In this document: positions 41,560-55,434 of the stretch, in pieces
Layout of the letters: each line of letters begins with the position of its first letter
Numbering within the stretch: position 1 is the stretch's first letter
Source: Octopus vulgaris
Taxonomy: Eukaryota
Length of the DNA stretch: 64,000 bases
Direction: 5' to 3'
Assembly: GCA_951406725.2 (NCBI GenBank)
Contig: OX597838.1
Coordinates: 44,082,001 to 44,146,000 of the forward strand
The notes under the pieces: model-generated
Databases searched by the model: none
What the model was told of the DNA's origin: nothing
What the model saw: only the letters and a program-made list of their open reading frames with translations
Made by a program: the position numbers and the translations under genes

Positions 41560-42330
41560 GTGTCTTAAGTAACGAGAAAACAATAGCATTACATCAACAG
41601 AGAGAGAACAATATGAAAAAACGATCGATGATGAAGGAATCATGATATTAAGTAGACTGCATCTATTTTCTCTTTATTTTTTCTTGGCAAACTTTTATCA
41701 CAGAATATTCAGAATAATGAATATTAAAGAAATATATGTAAGCTTTGCTTCACACCAGGTCTCTGTTTTCTTATGCATTTCTTCTTCTGTTTAGTGTCGT
41801 TAGATGAGAAGACACCATCGTCAAACGTCTTAACAGCAAACATATTATAAGGTAGCATGAGACTAAGATCATTTGACATCATATAAGAAGACAAAGCCTT
41901 GAACACCTTTTGACAAATGGAATTCTGAATGGAAGAAGAAAACTGAGAGGATGCTCATAGAAAAGATGTCCTTACATGTTGGCTACAAAAAGTACCGATC
42001 CCGTAATTTGATAAATTGTGTGCGGTATTACGACGTAAGAGGAGAAATTCTGGGATCGTTGCAAGACGAACTGCTGCACTGATGCCCAGTGGTGAACATG
42101 TTTTCCTCGATCAAGAGCGAAAGACGGATATTCGACGACAAACAGACAGCGCCGTAGCACTGACCATAAATGAAACCGACTGGTGCTCAGCCGACGTTTG
42201 ACTCGTTGGGATGGAATGTGCCCTGTGTGGGAAACCATAGTCGGTTTCAGGGAGAGTATGGTTGCATAACACAAATTTGTTGTTGGGGTCCACGATCAGC
42301 ATGGATGATCATGGAAGAGGACAGAATGAC
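41560..42330 (+). mobile_element. Old RTE LINE 3' fragment
   Basis: HHIRRQSLEHLLTNGILNGRRKLRGCS resembles the RTE C-terminal GH..R...LE.L...G...G.R.RGR motif. Boundaries are approximate. Confidence 0.55.
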
Positions 42331-45300
42331 AGCAAATGTATTTCTCTTTTCTTCATTTTATATTTTGTTAGTCTTGGCTGAGTAGAATGATGAGTGGCTA
42401 GGACACGTAATAGAGTGTCTGTATACGCTGGGCAAAATGAAGAATCTTGCCTCAAACCAGAATCCTTGTTAGCTCAATATTTTATGGGAATTTCGTCTGT
42501 CTTTTCGTTCTGAGTTCAAATTCCGCGGAAGTCGACTTTGCCTTTCATTCTTTCGTGGTCGATAAATAAATACCAGTTGCGTACTGTAGTAGATTTAATA
42601 GACTGCTCCCCTCTCCAAACATTTCGGGCCTTGTGCCTAGAGTAGAAAAGAATATGTTATGTGAGTTGATTGTAAGGTCATTTATTCTCTAAGATACAAG
42701 GCCTGAAATTTTGGGGACAGGCGCTTGTCGATTTCATCGACTCCAGCACTTGACTGTCACGTAATTTACCGACGTTGAGAAGATGAAATGCAAATTCCAC
42801 TTCGTAATTTCAACTCAGATCGTAAAGCTGCAAGAAATTCTGGTAGGTACGTTGTCCAAAGTGCTGACGATTCTGTCACATCCCCGCTCTGAATTGATTG
42901 TATAATAGCAGAAACTTCGCATGGGAAGTAATTAAAAAAGTTTAACACCAAGACATAAAATTATTCCAGAGTTGGTACCTTCATCATGGTAGCAGAGGCT
43001 CGTGGCTTAGCGCTTATGGTGATGGACTCTACTCATGATCGTAAGATTGTGGTTTCGATTCCTGGATCGCGGAATGCGTTGTGTTATTTCAAGTTGCTCC
43101 AATCCATTCAGTTGGCAAAAATGAGTAATCTGCGATGGAATGGCGTCCCGTCCACACGAGGACGGAAACCGGTAGACCGTCCTTATGAGCCTGTGTGACT
43201 CGAGGAGCCATTGTTTATAATAGGAAAACTTTGTTTTTTTTAAAATCATGTGGTCAGGATGTAAGGTAGTAAATATGATAGGTCACCAAGGTTTTCGAAA
43301 ATAGTAGGAAGGAGCGAGGAAGATATCCTTAAACCAGGCCCTACTCGAAAACGTGCAACAGATCGAACTCCTTTAAAGGTACCCACATTTATTCAGTGGT
43401 GGCGTTCAACCCAGCGATGGATAAATCTGGCACTCATGTAGGGCATGGTAACCGCAAAGACATAGAGCAAATACCACAAGCACTCGGTCCTATGATCCTA
43501 CAATTGCACTAAAATTCTGTCCTGGAATAATACTTCTATTTCGCTGCCCCAAAAGAATGAAAGTCAAGGGTGACCTCGGTGAGATTTTAACTTCACCGTA
43601 GACTGTGAACTTTGTTTATGTTCCACCTAATATCCTTCATTTCATAAAAACTGCAGAATGTGATTTTAGTGAATATTAACTACTGTTTCTAAGTAGAAGA
43701 GCCACGCTCATTGGCTCATATGATATCTTGCTATTTCAATGATAGCATTTCTCCTCTTCGGGCTGTTTAAATATCTGGATAGCATGAATGGAACGAGAGT
43801 TAGATTTGAAAACAAAGAGGTGTTAATGTTCACGTTACACCTCTCGTTCAAATCACATCGAGTCTGATCGTAATTTACCGAGGAAGAGGTACCATATGCT
43901 AAAGCAATATGCGAGCATTTACGGGGCTATTTGAAGCGCTAGAAATAGCAGCCAGATTTCCAGATTTGGTTTCAAATTTTGGAAGAAAGCCAACAAGTTC
44001 GGGGAAGAGTTAAGTATATTACATCGACCCCACTACGCCGCTCGTCGTACTATTTCAGTGACCCTGAAAGAATGAAAGGAAAAGTCGAGCTCGGTAGAAT
44101 TTGAACTCAGAACTTATAGGCGTACGAAACGTTGCTAAGCATTTTTCCTGGCGTACTTCAGTCAGCTCATCGCCTTTCCAGGTTTCCAAAATTAATACCA
44201 CTGTTTTTACTATGTGAAAACAAAGGAAATTGGGTAATATAATCCTAGCCACACTTATGTCTTATGAGGAACAAAGATGGAATGGCCACGGCTGGAACAT
44301 TGGGGCTACACCAGAAGTAAAATTGGGATTGCCTTCGTTACAGATTTGTTGATTTGTTGTTACTGTTCTGGTCATTTAGTGCAAAACAAAATTAGTCGAT
44401 CGGTCGATGTAGGCTAAAATATATTCTCATTCCCGCAATGATTTTTTTAACCTTTTAGTTGGATGTCGTGATACTGCCCCATGAGTCTTTACCAGGTCTC
44501 TGAGAAAAGTGGCGAAGGCAGCAGGAATCAGGTTCGAATACGTGCAAAGGGCTGTGTCCTTTTAGATCATCCAGGGTGCTAGGTGGTGGCTGATAAGTCT
44601 ACCGCCCAAGTGGGCTCGGGTAGGATTTGGAATCAGAAGGCAAAGAACCAAAGCAAATACAGCAAACGGTCCCAATTTTTTTCAGTTCCCAGCACTAACC
44701 TTGAATATACAAAAATGCAGAATTTGACCTGCTCGGGATTTGAACTTGCAGCTTAATGAGTCGGGACAAATATCATGAATTTTAAACAGTGCGTGAACGA
44801 CTCTACTAATTCGGCAGACATCTTGTCAGTTTTACAGATTGTGAGTCCATCAATGCCATATCCAGTGTTACTACTGCTGCTGCTGCTGCTTCCGCCCCCA
44901 CCTTTCCTTCAGGGCTTCCATGACCAACTGACGCAGCCAGTGTTACCTTGCTTTTCCATTTTGAAAGTAGAGTATCATTTTAGAAAAGTAAAAGTAAAAA
45001 AGAAGTGACATGACTGTTGTTTCCAGCAAATAGAAACACCACCTAGTGAGTCATTCATTGGGTCAGATGACTACTTATAGCTATGAATCATCTGGAAATA
45101 GTTTTTGTGAGATTTTTATCTTTATAAAGTTTAATCAGGAAGCTACATTAACATGTGAAACAATAACAATATTATAGAGAGACTGTCGGCGAAACAAAGG
45201 ATTTTTCGTCTTTCATTTTTGGATTTTGCATTTGTATTCCATTTAACATTCTTCCATTATTAATAAATTTCCTTGTAGATCGATTCATGTAAACAAAAGA

Positions 45301-46114
45301 GAGAAAAACATTTAAAAATAATCTGATCGCAACTATTAACATGTTTCGTTGTCTTTTATTGGGCACGACATTAGAAGAGAATTGATGTTACCATTCGATG
45401 GATTTCACTAAAAGAATGCTACTTCCTTTTTCATTTCTTGAAATACAGAATAGACATAATTGTCTGAATCCCATGATAATATTTCTGGAGAGTATTTCTG
45501 CCTCTAAGGAGCTTTTAAAATGTATAAAACAAAAGAAATCCCCAACAAATCACCGGAATTAATTTGGAATTTACTCTCCCCTAAAAGAAATAGGAAATTT
45601 TTTTGTTTCACGAAATATTCATAAAATTGTATTTCCGGTTCTGAAGGAACAATATTGATGTGAGTATATTCATTGAATTTCAGCATAACCATAGCCGTGT
45701 CGTCGTTGGAAATGGTGAAAACTAAACACAGTTACTGTTAATGGATTTCAGTTCTAGATCATGCCTTATCAACGGGACCTGTAAACAAAGATATTCCGGT
45801 CGGGACCGTTCCTACATTTGGGAAGATGGTGCAGAGAGTAAAGACTAAAGTTATGAAGATAAAGACAGGTAATAGCAGTTAATTATTGGACGTTCGCACC
45901 TCTTCATGCTTGCAGTCTTTCAGGGTACACTACCGGTTTCTCCAAGCTGTCAAACTGACATGGCGCTAACCATGCGGTCAGGTTCAATACTCATTTTGAC
46001 CTGTTATTAAGGTTCTCTCTCTAGATTTTCTATACAAATTATAGCCAACACTGATTGTGCTCGACGTTTGGTATTATCAGGGGTCTCGGATACGAGACGT
46101 TGTAACAAAATATG

Positions 46115-46193
<79 letters not shown>

Positions 46194-46201
46194 GTATGTA
46201 C

Positions 46202-46239
<38 letters not shown>

Positions 46240-46420
46240 TCATTTATTTATCTATCTATCTGTCTATATACATATACGATCGTTCGAAGGTTTCGATGAA
46301 ATTTATGTTGCATGAAGTTGCATGGTCATCAATTATATTTGTTCCAGCTACTTTTGAAACGATCCTAACCGAAAGATACATGCAATACAAATAACATCAT
46401 TCCTATGTTTGTGATTTATA

Positions 46421-46458
<38 letters not shown>

Positions 46459-46632
46459 TAAATTAGAGATAAAACCACTATTAGGCAAATCAAACAGTGA
46501 AAAACATAAGCCAATACATAAAATTAATTTAAAAATATAAAAGTTAATTTAATATAATATAATATTTATACTATAAAATTGGATTTAATCCTAAATCTAA
46601 TTTTTCGCTGTAAGTTCGGATTTATTCCCTAA

Positions 46633-46732
<100 letters not shown>

Positions 46733-46739
46733 CTCTATC

Positions 46740-47172
<433 letters not shown>

Positions 47173-47180
47173 TATATAAT

Positions 47181-47787
47181 TAGGGTTCAGCAACGATTAG
47201 CTTCACCACACACCGAACTTTAGAAATAGCAGTCAAAATCTTAGCTATTCTTTCTACTTTAAAGGGAGTTCCCAGAAAAACCAAAGCACTTGAAAACAAA
47301 CCACGTAGGCAAAAGGGTAAAAAATGACGAAAAGCATTCTATAATAGGTTACCTACGGACGCGCGTTTCGGAATTAAGCCAGTATAAAGCATAAATAATA
47401 AATAATCATACCTTACCCGACTATTTTCGTTTCTTCAGCGTAGGATTCCACAATCATAAATAATTGTATATTAAATTTGAAGGCACTGGAAAACATCACT
47501 TCACCTAACGTTATCAGAGAGATCATATTCCGTGTTAGTGCCGCCAAATTCAAAAAATGAATGAGAGTAAGTCATCCTCCCTCGCCCACCAGCGTGTTGC
47601 CAAAGTAAGATGGCAGCCATTATGTCTTTCACGGTTCACTTACTTGCTTGAAAATTAAATTCCCCTTTTGCCTACGTGGTTTGTTTTCAAGTGCTTTGGT
47701 TTTTCTGGGAACTCCCTTTAAAGTAGAAGGAATAGCTAAGATTTTGACTGCTATTTCTAAACTTTGGTGTGTGGTGAAGCTAATCGT
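47181..47787 (-). mobile_element. Foldback element with an HHR in the loop
   Basis: Near-perfect 125-bp inverted arms at 47193-47317 and 47663-47787. Confidence 0.85.
47352..47444 (-). ncRNA. Type I hammerhead ribozyme motif with long G-U-rich helix II
   Basis: cctacg CTGAAGA ...agtcgggtaaggtat/atgctttatactggct... GAAAC gcgc GTC cgtagg. Perfect 6-bp helix I; palindromic helix III. Confidence 0.82.
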
Positions 47788-48477
47788 ACATTTTCTAACG
47801 TAGTAATTTGTTATTTGAGAGAAATTTAGTTGTTAATTTTAGCAAAATAAATTATTTTCTTCAACAAAGTGGTAGATAACTCTTAAGAGTATGACAGATA
47901 TATTTTACGATGGAAAAATCGTTTGTGCAATGTTTCGATTACAAACACATACAAATGTAGATTTGTGCGTGTGTGCATATGTGTGTTTGTGTGTGCATAT
48001 ATAGATAAATGTATGCTTGTGTGTATGTGTATATTTGTGTGTGCGTACATGTCTGCGTGTGTCTCATGCATACCACCATTATATTGTTATTAATTAGTTC
48101 AAACCAGCATTAATCAAACAGATAAATGATCAAGTTGTTCCAAATGTGACCATTCTGTCCTAATTTTCCTTTTTAAGCGTTGTATATCAATGACTATATC
48201 ATCTGTATGCTTTTTTTTGTTTCTAGTTTATCAAATCAGCAAGGGAGGATAAATGGGACAATGAATTTCTCCCCGTTTCAAAGAATTCCGAGATAAATCA
48301 TAGATTTCCACCGTAAAGTATACTAGCCATCCGAATATGGCTAACCACAAAGGGTGGGTGTTACTGTAGCTTTTAGCCCCAGGAGATCATCGTCTCCAGC
48401 TGGCTTTAGACACACTTTCTGTGCCTTTAGGATATTTTCAAAGGGAGGTCATCCCTCTCTCGTAAACCTAAGTGATA

Positions 48478-48523
48478 CGCACGGACTGCAGTTTCGAGGT
48501 AATTTGCCTCTTGTCAACGTACG
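48478..48523 (-). ncRNA. Type I hammerhead motif, U3-A8 variant (left-arm copy)
   Basis: Exact reverse complement of 48839-48884. Confidence 0.75.
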
Positions 48524-48590
48524 GTAATCACCGGTTTTCGATATAGATATTCGCAAACAGGTCTCTCTTCATCGAAAACCGGTGATTACC

Positions 48591-48822
48591 TATTTCTTTA
48601 TTACCCACAAGGGGCTAAACACAGAGGGGACAAACAAGGACAGACATAGGTATTAAGTCGATTACATCGACCCCAGTGCGTAACTGGTACTTAATTTATC
48701 GACCCCGAAAGGATGAAAGGTAAAGTCGACCTCGGCGGAATTTGAACTCACAACGTAACGCAGACGAAATACCGCTAAGCATTTCGCCCGGCGTGCTAAC
48801 GTTTCTGCCAGCTCGCCGCCCT
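48591..48822 (-). mobile_element. tRNA-derived SINE, family B (Meta-domain-like core, Tx1-like tail)
   Basis: Core ctttcatcctttcggggtcgataaattaagtacc. 16-bp TSD aaaaccggtgattacc at 48575-48590 and 48824-48839. Confidence 0.92.
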
Positions 48823-48838
48823 AAAAACCGGTGATTAC

Positions 48839-48884
48839 CGTACGTTGACAAGAGGCAAATTACCTCGAAACTGCAGTCCGTGCG
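48839..48884 (+). ncRNA. Type I hammerhead motif, U3-A8 variant
   Basis: cgtacg TTGACAA gagg caaatta cctc GAAAC tgca GTC cgtgcg. 6-bp helix I, 4-bp helix II with G10.1-C11.1, palindromic helix III. Confidence 0.78.
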
Positions 48885-49912
48885 TATCACTTAGGCTTAC
48901 GAGAGAGGGATGACCTCCCTTTGCAAATATCCTAAGAGCACAGAAAGTGTGTCTAAAGCCAGCTGGAGACAATGATCTCCTGGGGTTAAAAGCTACAGCA
49001 ACACCCACCCTTTGTGGTTAGCCATATTCAGATGGCTAGTATACTTTACGTTGTCGAGCAGTTACTGTTTACATCTCGAGCAGAGATTTATTATTGCTCA
49101 TAGATTTCCATTTCTCTTTTATTTTCCCAAAGCAATCTTCCGTGTGTCACCTGTATTTTCTTTTTCTTTTCTACAAATATGTACCGGCTTTTTCCTTCTT
49201 CAGCTTTGTTTATTCGTTTGACAGATCCTAATTAAATATTGTTGTGACTGACATTCAAGGGTTTCTTTCGGCATGGCAGTCCAGGAAGTACCTATTTCCT
49301 ATCCAGCATATGGAAAATGTGTTGAACTCAGACAGCTCCTCTGCTTTTGATAGAGTTCGTTTTTCACTCATGGTGAGTATCCATGAATTATCTTCATTCT
49401 GCAAACTCGATACGCTTACTGTTTATTCACCGACCAGTCGACTGTGGACAAATAGCACTAAATGATTTCATGGTTTGTAGCAGCAGATCTCCATTAGCAA
49501 GTCGATTATTAGGTTATGAAAGCAATTCATTGTTTATATTTATTTTTATCTTTATTTATCATGAACGATTTGAACAAATCAATCGCTACTATATTCGTCT
49601 TCATTGTCCACGACTTCTTGCAAACGTTCCACTCAGTTGTCAATGCTTTAACCGTAGAAAGCAGAGAGCTTTGCCTCGAGGAGTTCAACGCTGCACATTT
49701 TTAATTCCACGTCGTTACTGAAGCATATCACAGAAAGTTGGAGAGCAACAATAAAAAGCAATCACGTGAAGGGGAAGAATACAATAGGAACTGCGGAACT
49801 CCGAAGCTGTGCTTTTGAATAGCATTTTTGGTCAAATTAGCGACGTTGGGATTGGAGTTTGTCTCTATTATACAGAGCATGTAGCACCCACTCACCGAGT
49901 TTTTGGACTTAC

Positions 49913-50110
49913 CCATCGAATAGACTCGACGGGTTATGCTTTGAAAAAATCCTGTCTGTTGGGTCAATTCTTTTGTGAAGTGGCGCGGCTCCACGTGGTT
50001 TAGCTTGTCCATTCGATTGTCAATGAATTGAACAGGTCAAGCGCATGGTGGAGAGACTGTGTCGTCAAATTGTTCAACATTCTGCATAATCTGTCATCGG
50101 CCATCATCAC
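49913..50110 (-). other. Candidate host exon (possible start codon at 50012)
   Basis: Acceptor tgtttgcag and donor atgg/gtaagt. Frame MDKLNHVEPRHFTKELTQQTGFFQSITRRVYSM ends in phase 1. Confidence 0.3.
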
Positions 50111-50744
50111 CTGCAAACACATCACGAGTTCTACAACATAAACATTCGACGAAAGCAGAATTAGGGTCAAAATTTTCCAGTCGTCACCGATCTTCTTGTT
50201 TATGACTGTGATTGTCTAGAAATCATTATACTATCGAAATGATTTCTCTTACTAAATTTGAGGATGGTTTGACTGCTATGTCCGACAGGTGTGCCAAGGA
50301 TGCTGCCTTCATGGCGAGTATATGATGATTTATTTTGAACTGAACAAAAAAAAAAGACTTCTTTGGTAATTTTTGCAACGAAACCAATATAATACCTTAT
50401 TTATCTATTTCTTTATTTTCTTATTTTCAGTGTGAAAAGAAGCAGTTTTTTAGATTAACTTGGATGGAACCACAGAACAAAATTTCTTGTCACGATTTCT
50501 TTCAGGAAAACCTTTTTGAATTGTACTAACACCATTTTCAGGTTTGAAAACATTTTCCTCTCCTTCTTTTCTCGCTTAAGAAGCAGCAATCCCAGATTTC
50601 CAAATATCTTGTCCGAAAGATTTGGAAAATAATGAAAAGACTCGATAAGGAAACATTATTAGAATAACGATGATGACGACGACGACGATGATGATGATAA
50701 CAACAACAGCAACAACAAAAGCAACAAGTATCAGAATTTTCTAA

Positions 50745-51798
50745 TTGAAGCACAAGGTTAGCAATCTTAAGAAGTGTCAGTCGATGATATCGATCTCAGT
50801 ATTTACTAAGTGTGTGTAAGAGGCTATCAATAGCTGAGCGATGCCAGTGATGACATTTTCTGCACCTATTTCACAGAGAGACAACAAGAATTGGACAGAA
50901 GAACTGAAGAGCTACCCTCATAATGAAACACAACTTTCAAAGTAATGTCGATTGTAGGTTTTGGCACAAGGCCAGTACTCAACTGGTACTTATTTTCTCG
51001 ATCTTGAAAGAGATGAATGGCAAACTCGAACCCAGCAGAATTTAGAATTTGTACTTAATGACGTAGGAAATGGCGTTAAGCATTTTTTCCGGCGTGCTAA
51101 CGATTCTGCTAGCTCACCGCCTTAACCCTAAAAGAAATACTGATTTCAAATTATGGCACAAGTCCAGCACTTTTGGGGTCGACTTACCTCGACTCCAGTG
51201 CTCAGCTGATACATATTTTATCGATCTCAAGAGGATGAAAGGCAAAGTCAGGCAAATCGACCTCAGCGGAATTTGAACTCAGAACGTAAAGACGCAGCAT
51301 TTTGACCGGCGTTTCTGCTAGCTTCACCGTTTTAAAACTAAAAGTAATATTCTTTTAGGCTTTATTGACCAAGAAATGAAAGAAGTAGACGTTTGTTAAT
51401 TTCAGAAGACAAAATCTGTGATCCGAATTAGGATTATGAAAAACTATGCTATATATAGAAACGAAAAATTATTATCTGAGGTTAGAAATATTAAGTCCAA
51501 ATTTTGGCACGAGGCCAGCAAATTTATGGGAGGGCCGAAGTCGTTAACATCGACTACACTACACAACTGGTACTTATTTTATCGATCTCGAATGGATGAA
51601 AGGCAAAGTCTTCCACGGTGGTATTTGAACACATAATGTAAAGACGGATGAAATACCGTTAAGTATTTTGCTCGGTGCCTCTGGGGTTAGAGATGTCAAT
51701 TTTAAATTTTGGTACAAGGCCAGCAATTCCGGGGTAGGGGTAAGTCGATTACATCGTCTTTTTCTTTTCCAAGAGTCTAATCTGTTGTGTGCATGTGA

Positions 51799-51848
<50 letters not shown>

Positions 51849-52097
51849 ATAATAATAATAATAATAATGATAATAATAAAATAATAATAATGATAATGAT
51901 AGCGAGTTCAAATTTTGGCACAAAGCGAACAAGTCCGTGGGAGGGGAAAAGTTGATTGCATCGATCTAAAGTGTTTAATTGGTACTTATTTAATCGACCC
52001 ATCGACCTCGGTGGAATTTGAACTCAAAACGTGAAGACAAACGAAATGCCGTAAAGCATTTTACCTTTACATGTTATCGAATCTGCTAGCTCGCCAG

Positions 52098-52143
<46 letters not shown>

Positions 52144-52520
52144 ATAATAATAATAATAATAATAATGATAATAATAATTCCATTTATAGTCATAGGGGTA
52201 GTAATATTTGTGTTCCAGCGATAGCCGATCATATCGATTCAGTGTACTTTATTTTATTGATATCGAAAGAATAAGAGGCGAATTGACTGTAACGAGATTT
52301 GAAATCAAAATGTGAAGGGTTGGAACAGAGACCACAGGCCTGTTCGTTTAACGCTCGGAGGATTCTACTAATCCACGGTTTTCTAATTTAGGTACAATGC
52401 TAGCAATTTTGAGGAAGAGAAAGATTTAAATTGATTACACCAACTTTAGCGCTTGGCTGGTGCTTTATTTTATCGTTCCAGAAGGGACGAAACGCAAAGC
52501 TGTCCCCTGAATAAATATCC
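50745..52520 (-). repeat. Cluster of about 6-7 co-oriented degenerate family-B-related SINE units
   Basis: Recurring ttttggcacaaggccagca ... ctggtacttattt ... gatgaaaggcaaagtc ... ggaatttgaactca. Confidence 0.75.
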
Positions 52521-53712
52521 TACGATATTTTAGACCGGCGTAGGTAGTTGAGCGTTGGAGAAAATTTCGATGATGTTTATCAGCAATTAATCAATTAATT
52601 AATCAATTAAGAGACCCATCATTTAGATAACACAATTTAATTTTAATATTTTTGAAATATAAAGTAAAGAATTTTATATAAACTGAAGAATTTTGATAAA
52701 AAAATATCGTTTTTGATGATAAATTAAAAACTGTCTCGAACATGTATTTTCTTCCAACAGTCTGTTATATTTTTCCTTTGAATAGTCTTAATAAATGCAA
52801 GAGGATTAACATAACGTGTGTTCATTAGTGCCATATAAAAAACATTAATGACAGAAAATGTAAACATATGCAGAAATGACAGAACTCTATAATTAATACT
52901 GAATGTTGCCGAAAATTAGGAAAATAATTTGTAAAGATTAAGTACTTTTCCATGTAATAATATCTCGTTTTTAGTTTTGTTTCTTGTTTTACAGTTATTA
53001 TTTGTTCTTTGTTTATTTGTGTGTATTGTGTATTTGTGTTATTCTAATTCATCTTCCACACACAAAAAAAAAAAAAACCGACAGATATTAACGATATGTT
53101 CGGAGACGTACACTTATTCCATTTTTTACCTCTCTCAGATAAATATTGCAGCATATTTCGATGTGAGTGAAAAAGCTTCCTTTTATTTAATCTTTTTTTT
53201 ATATTTCAGTTTCTATTTCTTCATTGAAAAGAAATGAATGGTAAAGTGTTGCATAACACAGAATATCATAACAATTCAATGTAAACACTACTTGAAAGAA
53301 ACACACAAAAAACCCACCAAACTTGGTTGATGTGGAGAACTTCATAAAGAGATAATGATACATTTTATTAAATATTTCGTTTCGGGTGAGAAATATAAAG
53401 TGTCTTGTTTTCTAAGCACTTATTAGGAATATCTATTTATATATTCATTTTACTGCAGCGCATGATATGAAGAATGTGCAAAGACAAATGAATCCGTCTG
53501 CATGAAATATGGAAATATAAATACAAAACAAACGGTCACGCTTATTAAATGTTTCACCGATGTTAGTACTAGGTATCCATGGTGACGGGTGGTCAAATCT
53601 GCTGAGCGGTTTACTAATTAACCTTGTTGTAATTAGTTAAGACCCTTTAATTCAACTTTTATCAACCAAATGCCCGAGGTTGCTAGTGTTAATCATATAT
53701 TGTGGTTTTGAT

Positions 53713-53993
53713 TTTCCTTCTCGAGCCATGCCTGGCTCATAAGGGCCGGTTTCCCGGTTTCTTCCCCACCTGGACGGGACGCGCGTCCATCGCAGGTGAG
53801 CTGCAAGATGCAGGAGGAAAGAGTGAATGTTGTGGCGAAAGAGTCAGCAGAAGTTCGCCATTACCTTCTGCCGGAGCCGCGTGGAGCTTAGGTGTTTCGC
53901 TCATAAACACACACATCGTCCGGTCTGAGATTCGAACCCGCGATCCTTTGACCGCGAGTCCGCTGCTCTAACCACTAGGCCATGTGCCGCCAC
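53713..53993 (-). mobile_element. Chimeric SINE (family D-like head, family C-like tail)
   Basis: tRNA-like head ggcctagtggttagagcagcggactcgcggtc, tail gaaaccgggaaaccggcccttatgagcc, approximate TSD catat.ttgtggtt. Confidence 0.85.
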
Positions 53994-54054
53994 ATATTTT
54001 GTGGTTGAATTAACTATTCAAAGTTGCAGCCCTAGTTGGAGCCTGTATATATAC

Positions 54055-54707
54055 GTCAGATCCCATGTGAGGTCTCCTCATGATTGCCAGTGGCAACATG
54101 GAATCCAGTACAACCTGTTGCATGGTCGGGTGGTCGGTGACTTAATTGGCATAACCAAGAGGCTTACCTGGTGAGGCGGGTTGATGATAACCCAGTAGGA
54201 CTAAATACTAGACCTGTCAAAACGACGGATGAACCTGGTGGACGTTCAACGACTATCTATTCCAGTTGGGTGTTCGGCGTGCTGGAAGACCACTGGGAGT
54301 AAGATCCCCTTAGGTCTTGTTAAAGCATATCTCTTGGAGGTCACTCTGATATAAAGTCGAATATGCTGGAGATGACTTTGAAATTCTGGGGATCATGGCA
54401 CTCCTACGTTCCTGAGTCTGTGATCCATACTGGTACTGGATCTTGCTCTGGCTTGTCTCCGGATCATGTGGGGTGTCTGGGAGGTAATGTATAAGCTTTA
54501 TTGAACCTCAAATTTTAGGTTGTGCAATAACCAGCAAGACGACTATCCGACACCCAGGCTATTCGAAAGGCGCCGTTGCAAGTATGAAAGTTGCGGACGC
54601 GAACCCAGGTGTAGACGCCTTCTGGTGCAATCGCTTCATCTACGGGCATTGCAATCATTTTGTGCGGGCAATACTCAGAGATGGTCTTCCTTGGACACGA
54701 GTGAACA

Positions 54708-54710
<3 letters not shown>
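54055..54710 (+). mobile_element. Non-autonomous RTE-like element, relative of 35885-36440, with an HDV-like motif at 54098-54149
   Basis: ccagtacaacctgttgcatggtcggg is shared with the 35918 motif. Ends at (TA)n. Confidence 0.55.
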
Positions 54711-54759
<49 letters not shown>

Positions 54760-54976
54760 TGTCTTTGTGTATGTGTCTATGTGGGTGTGTTTGTGTGTGC
54801 GTATGCTTTTTGTTTATTTAAGAGTTGACTTTGAGCGCCTACCTGTCTGGTAGCAAGGTCGCTAACCAAAGCAAATTCCCTTCATCATCTTTTACACCTC
54901 GTAGAGTTACAGATATTTTTTACTCCAGATATCGTATAATGTGTTATGAATGTAGGTTTGTATGTATTTATGTGTG

Positions 54977-55008
<32 letters not shown>

Positions 55009-55077
55009 TGTATGTATGTATGTGTGTGTATGTATGTATTTTAGAAAAGCGTTAACTGTGATCAAGAACTATATATG

Positions 55078-55378
55078 TAGGAGTGGCTGTGTGGTAAGAA
55101 GCTTCCTTACGAACTACATGGTTCCGGTTTCAGTCTTACTGCGTGGCACCTCGGGCAAGTGTCTTCTACTATAGCCTCGGGCCAAACAAAGCCTTGTGAG
55201 TAGATTTGGTAGACGGAAACTGAAAGACATCCGTCGTATATATGTATATGTATATATACAAAGAGCCCGATAGAATAAGTACTAGGCTTACAAAGAATAA
55301 GTCCTGGGTTCGATGTGCTCGACTAAAGGCGGTGCTCCAGCATGGCCACAGTCAAATGACTGAAACAAGTAAAAGAGT
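55078..55378 (+). mobile_element. SINE family A copy (internal deletion)
   Basis: Homology to 3309-3714. Confidence 0.88.
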
Positions 55379-55434
55379 ATGTAACGACATTGCTTCTATG
55401 AATACACGCACAGGCACATTCATACATAAACACA

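Larger units (their letters stand above)
48311..49097 (+). mobile_element. Foldback retroelement insertion with 13-bp TSD, two HHR copies and a nested SINE
   Basis: About 230-bp inverted arms at 48312-48542 and 48824-49050. TSD tcatagatttcca at 48298-48310 and 49098-49110. Confidence 0.88.

Noticed and set aside
41972-42274. 100-aa minus-strand ORF with a gtaagg donor-like site
   Set aside because: It overlaps an RTE remnant on the opposite strand, and no protein motif was recognised.
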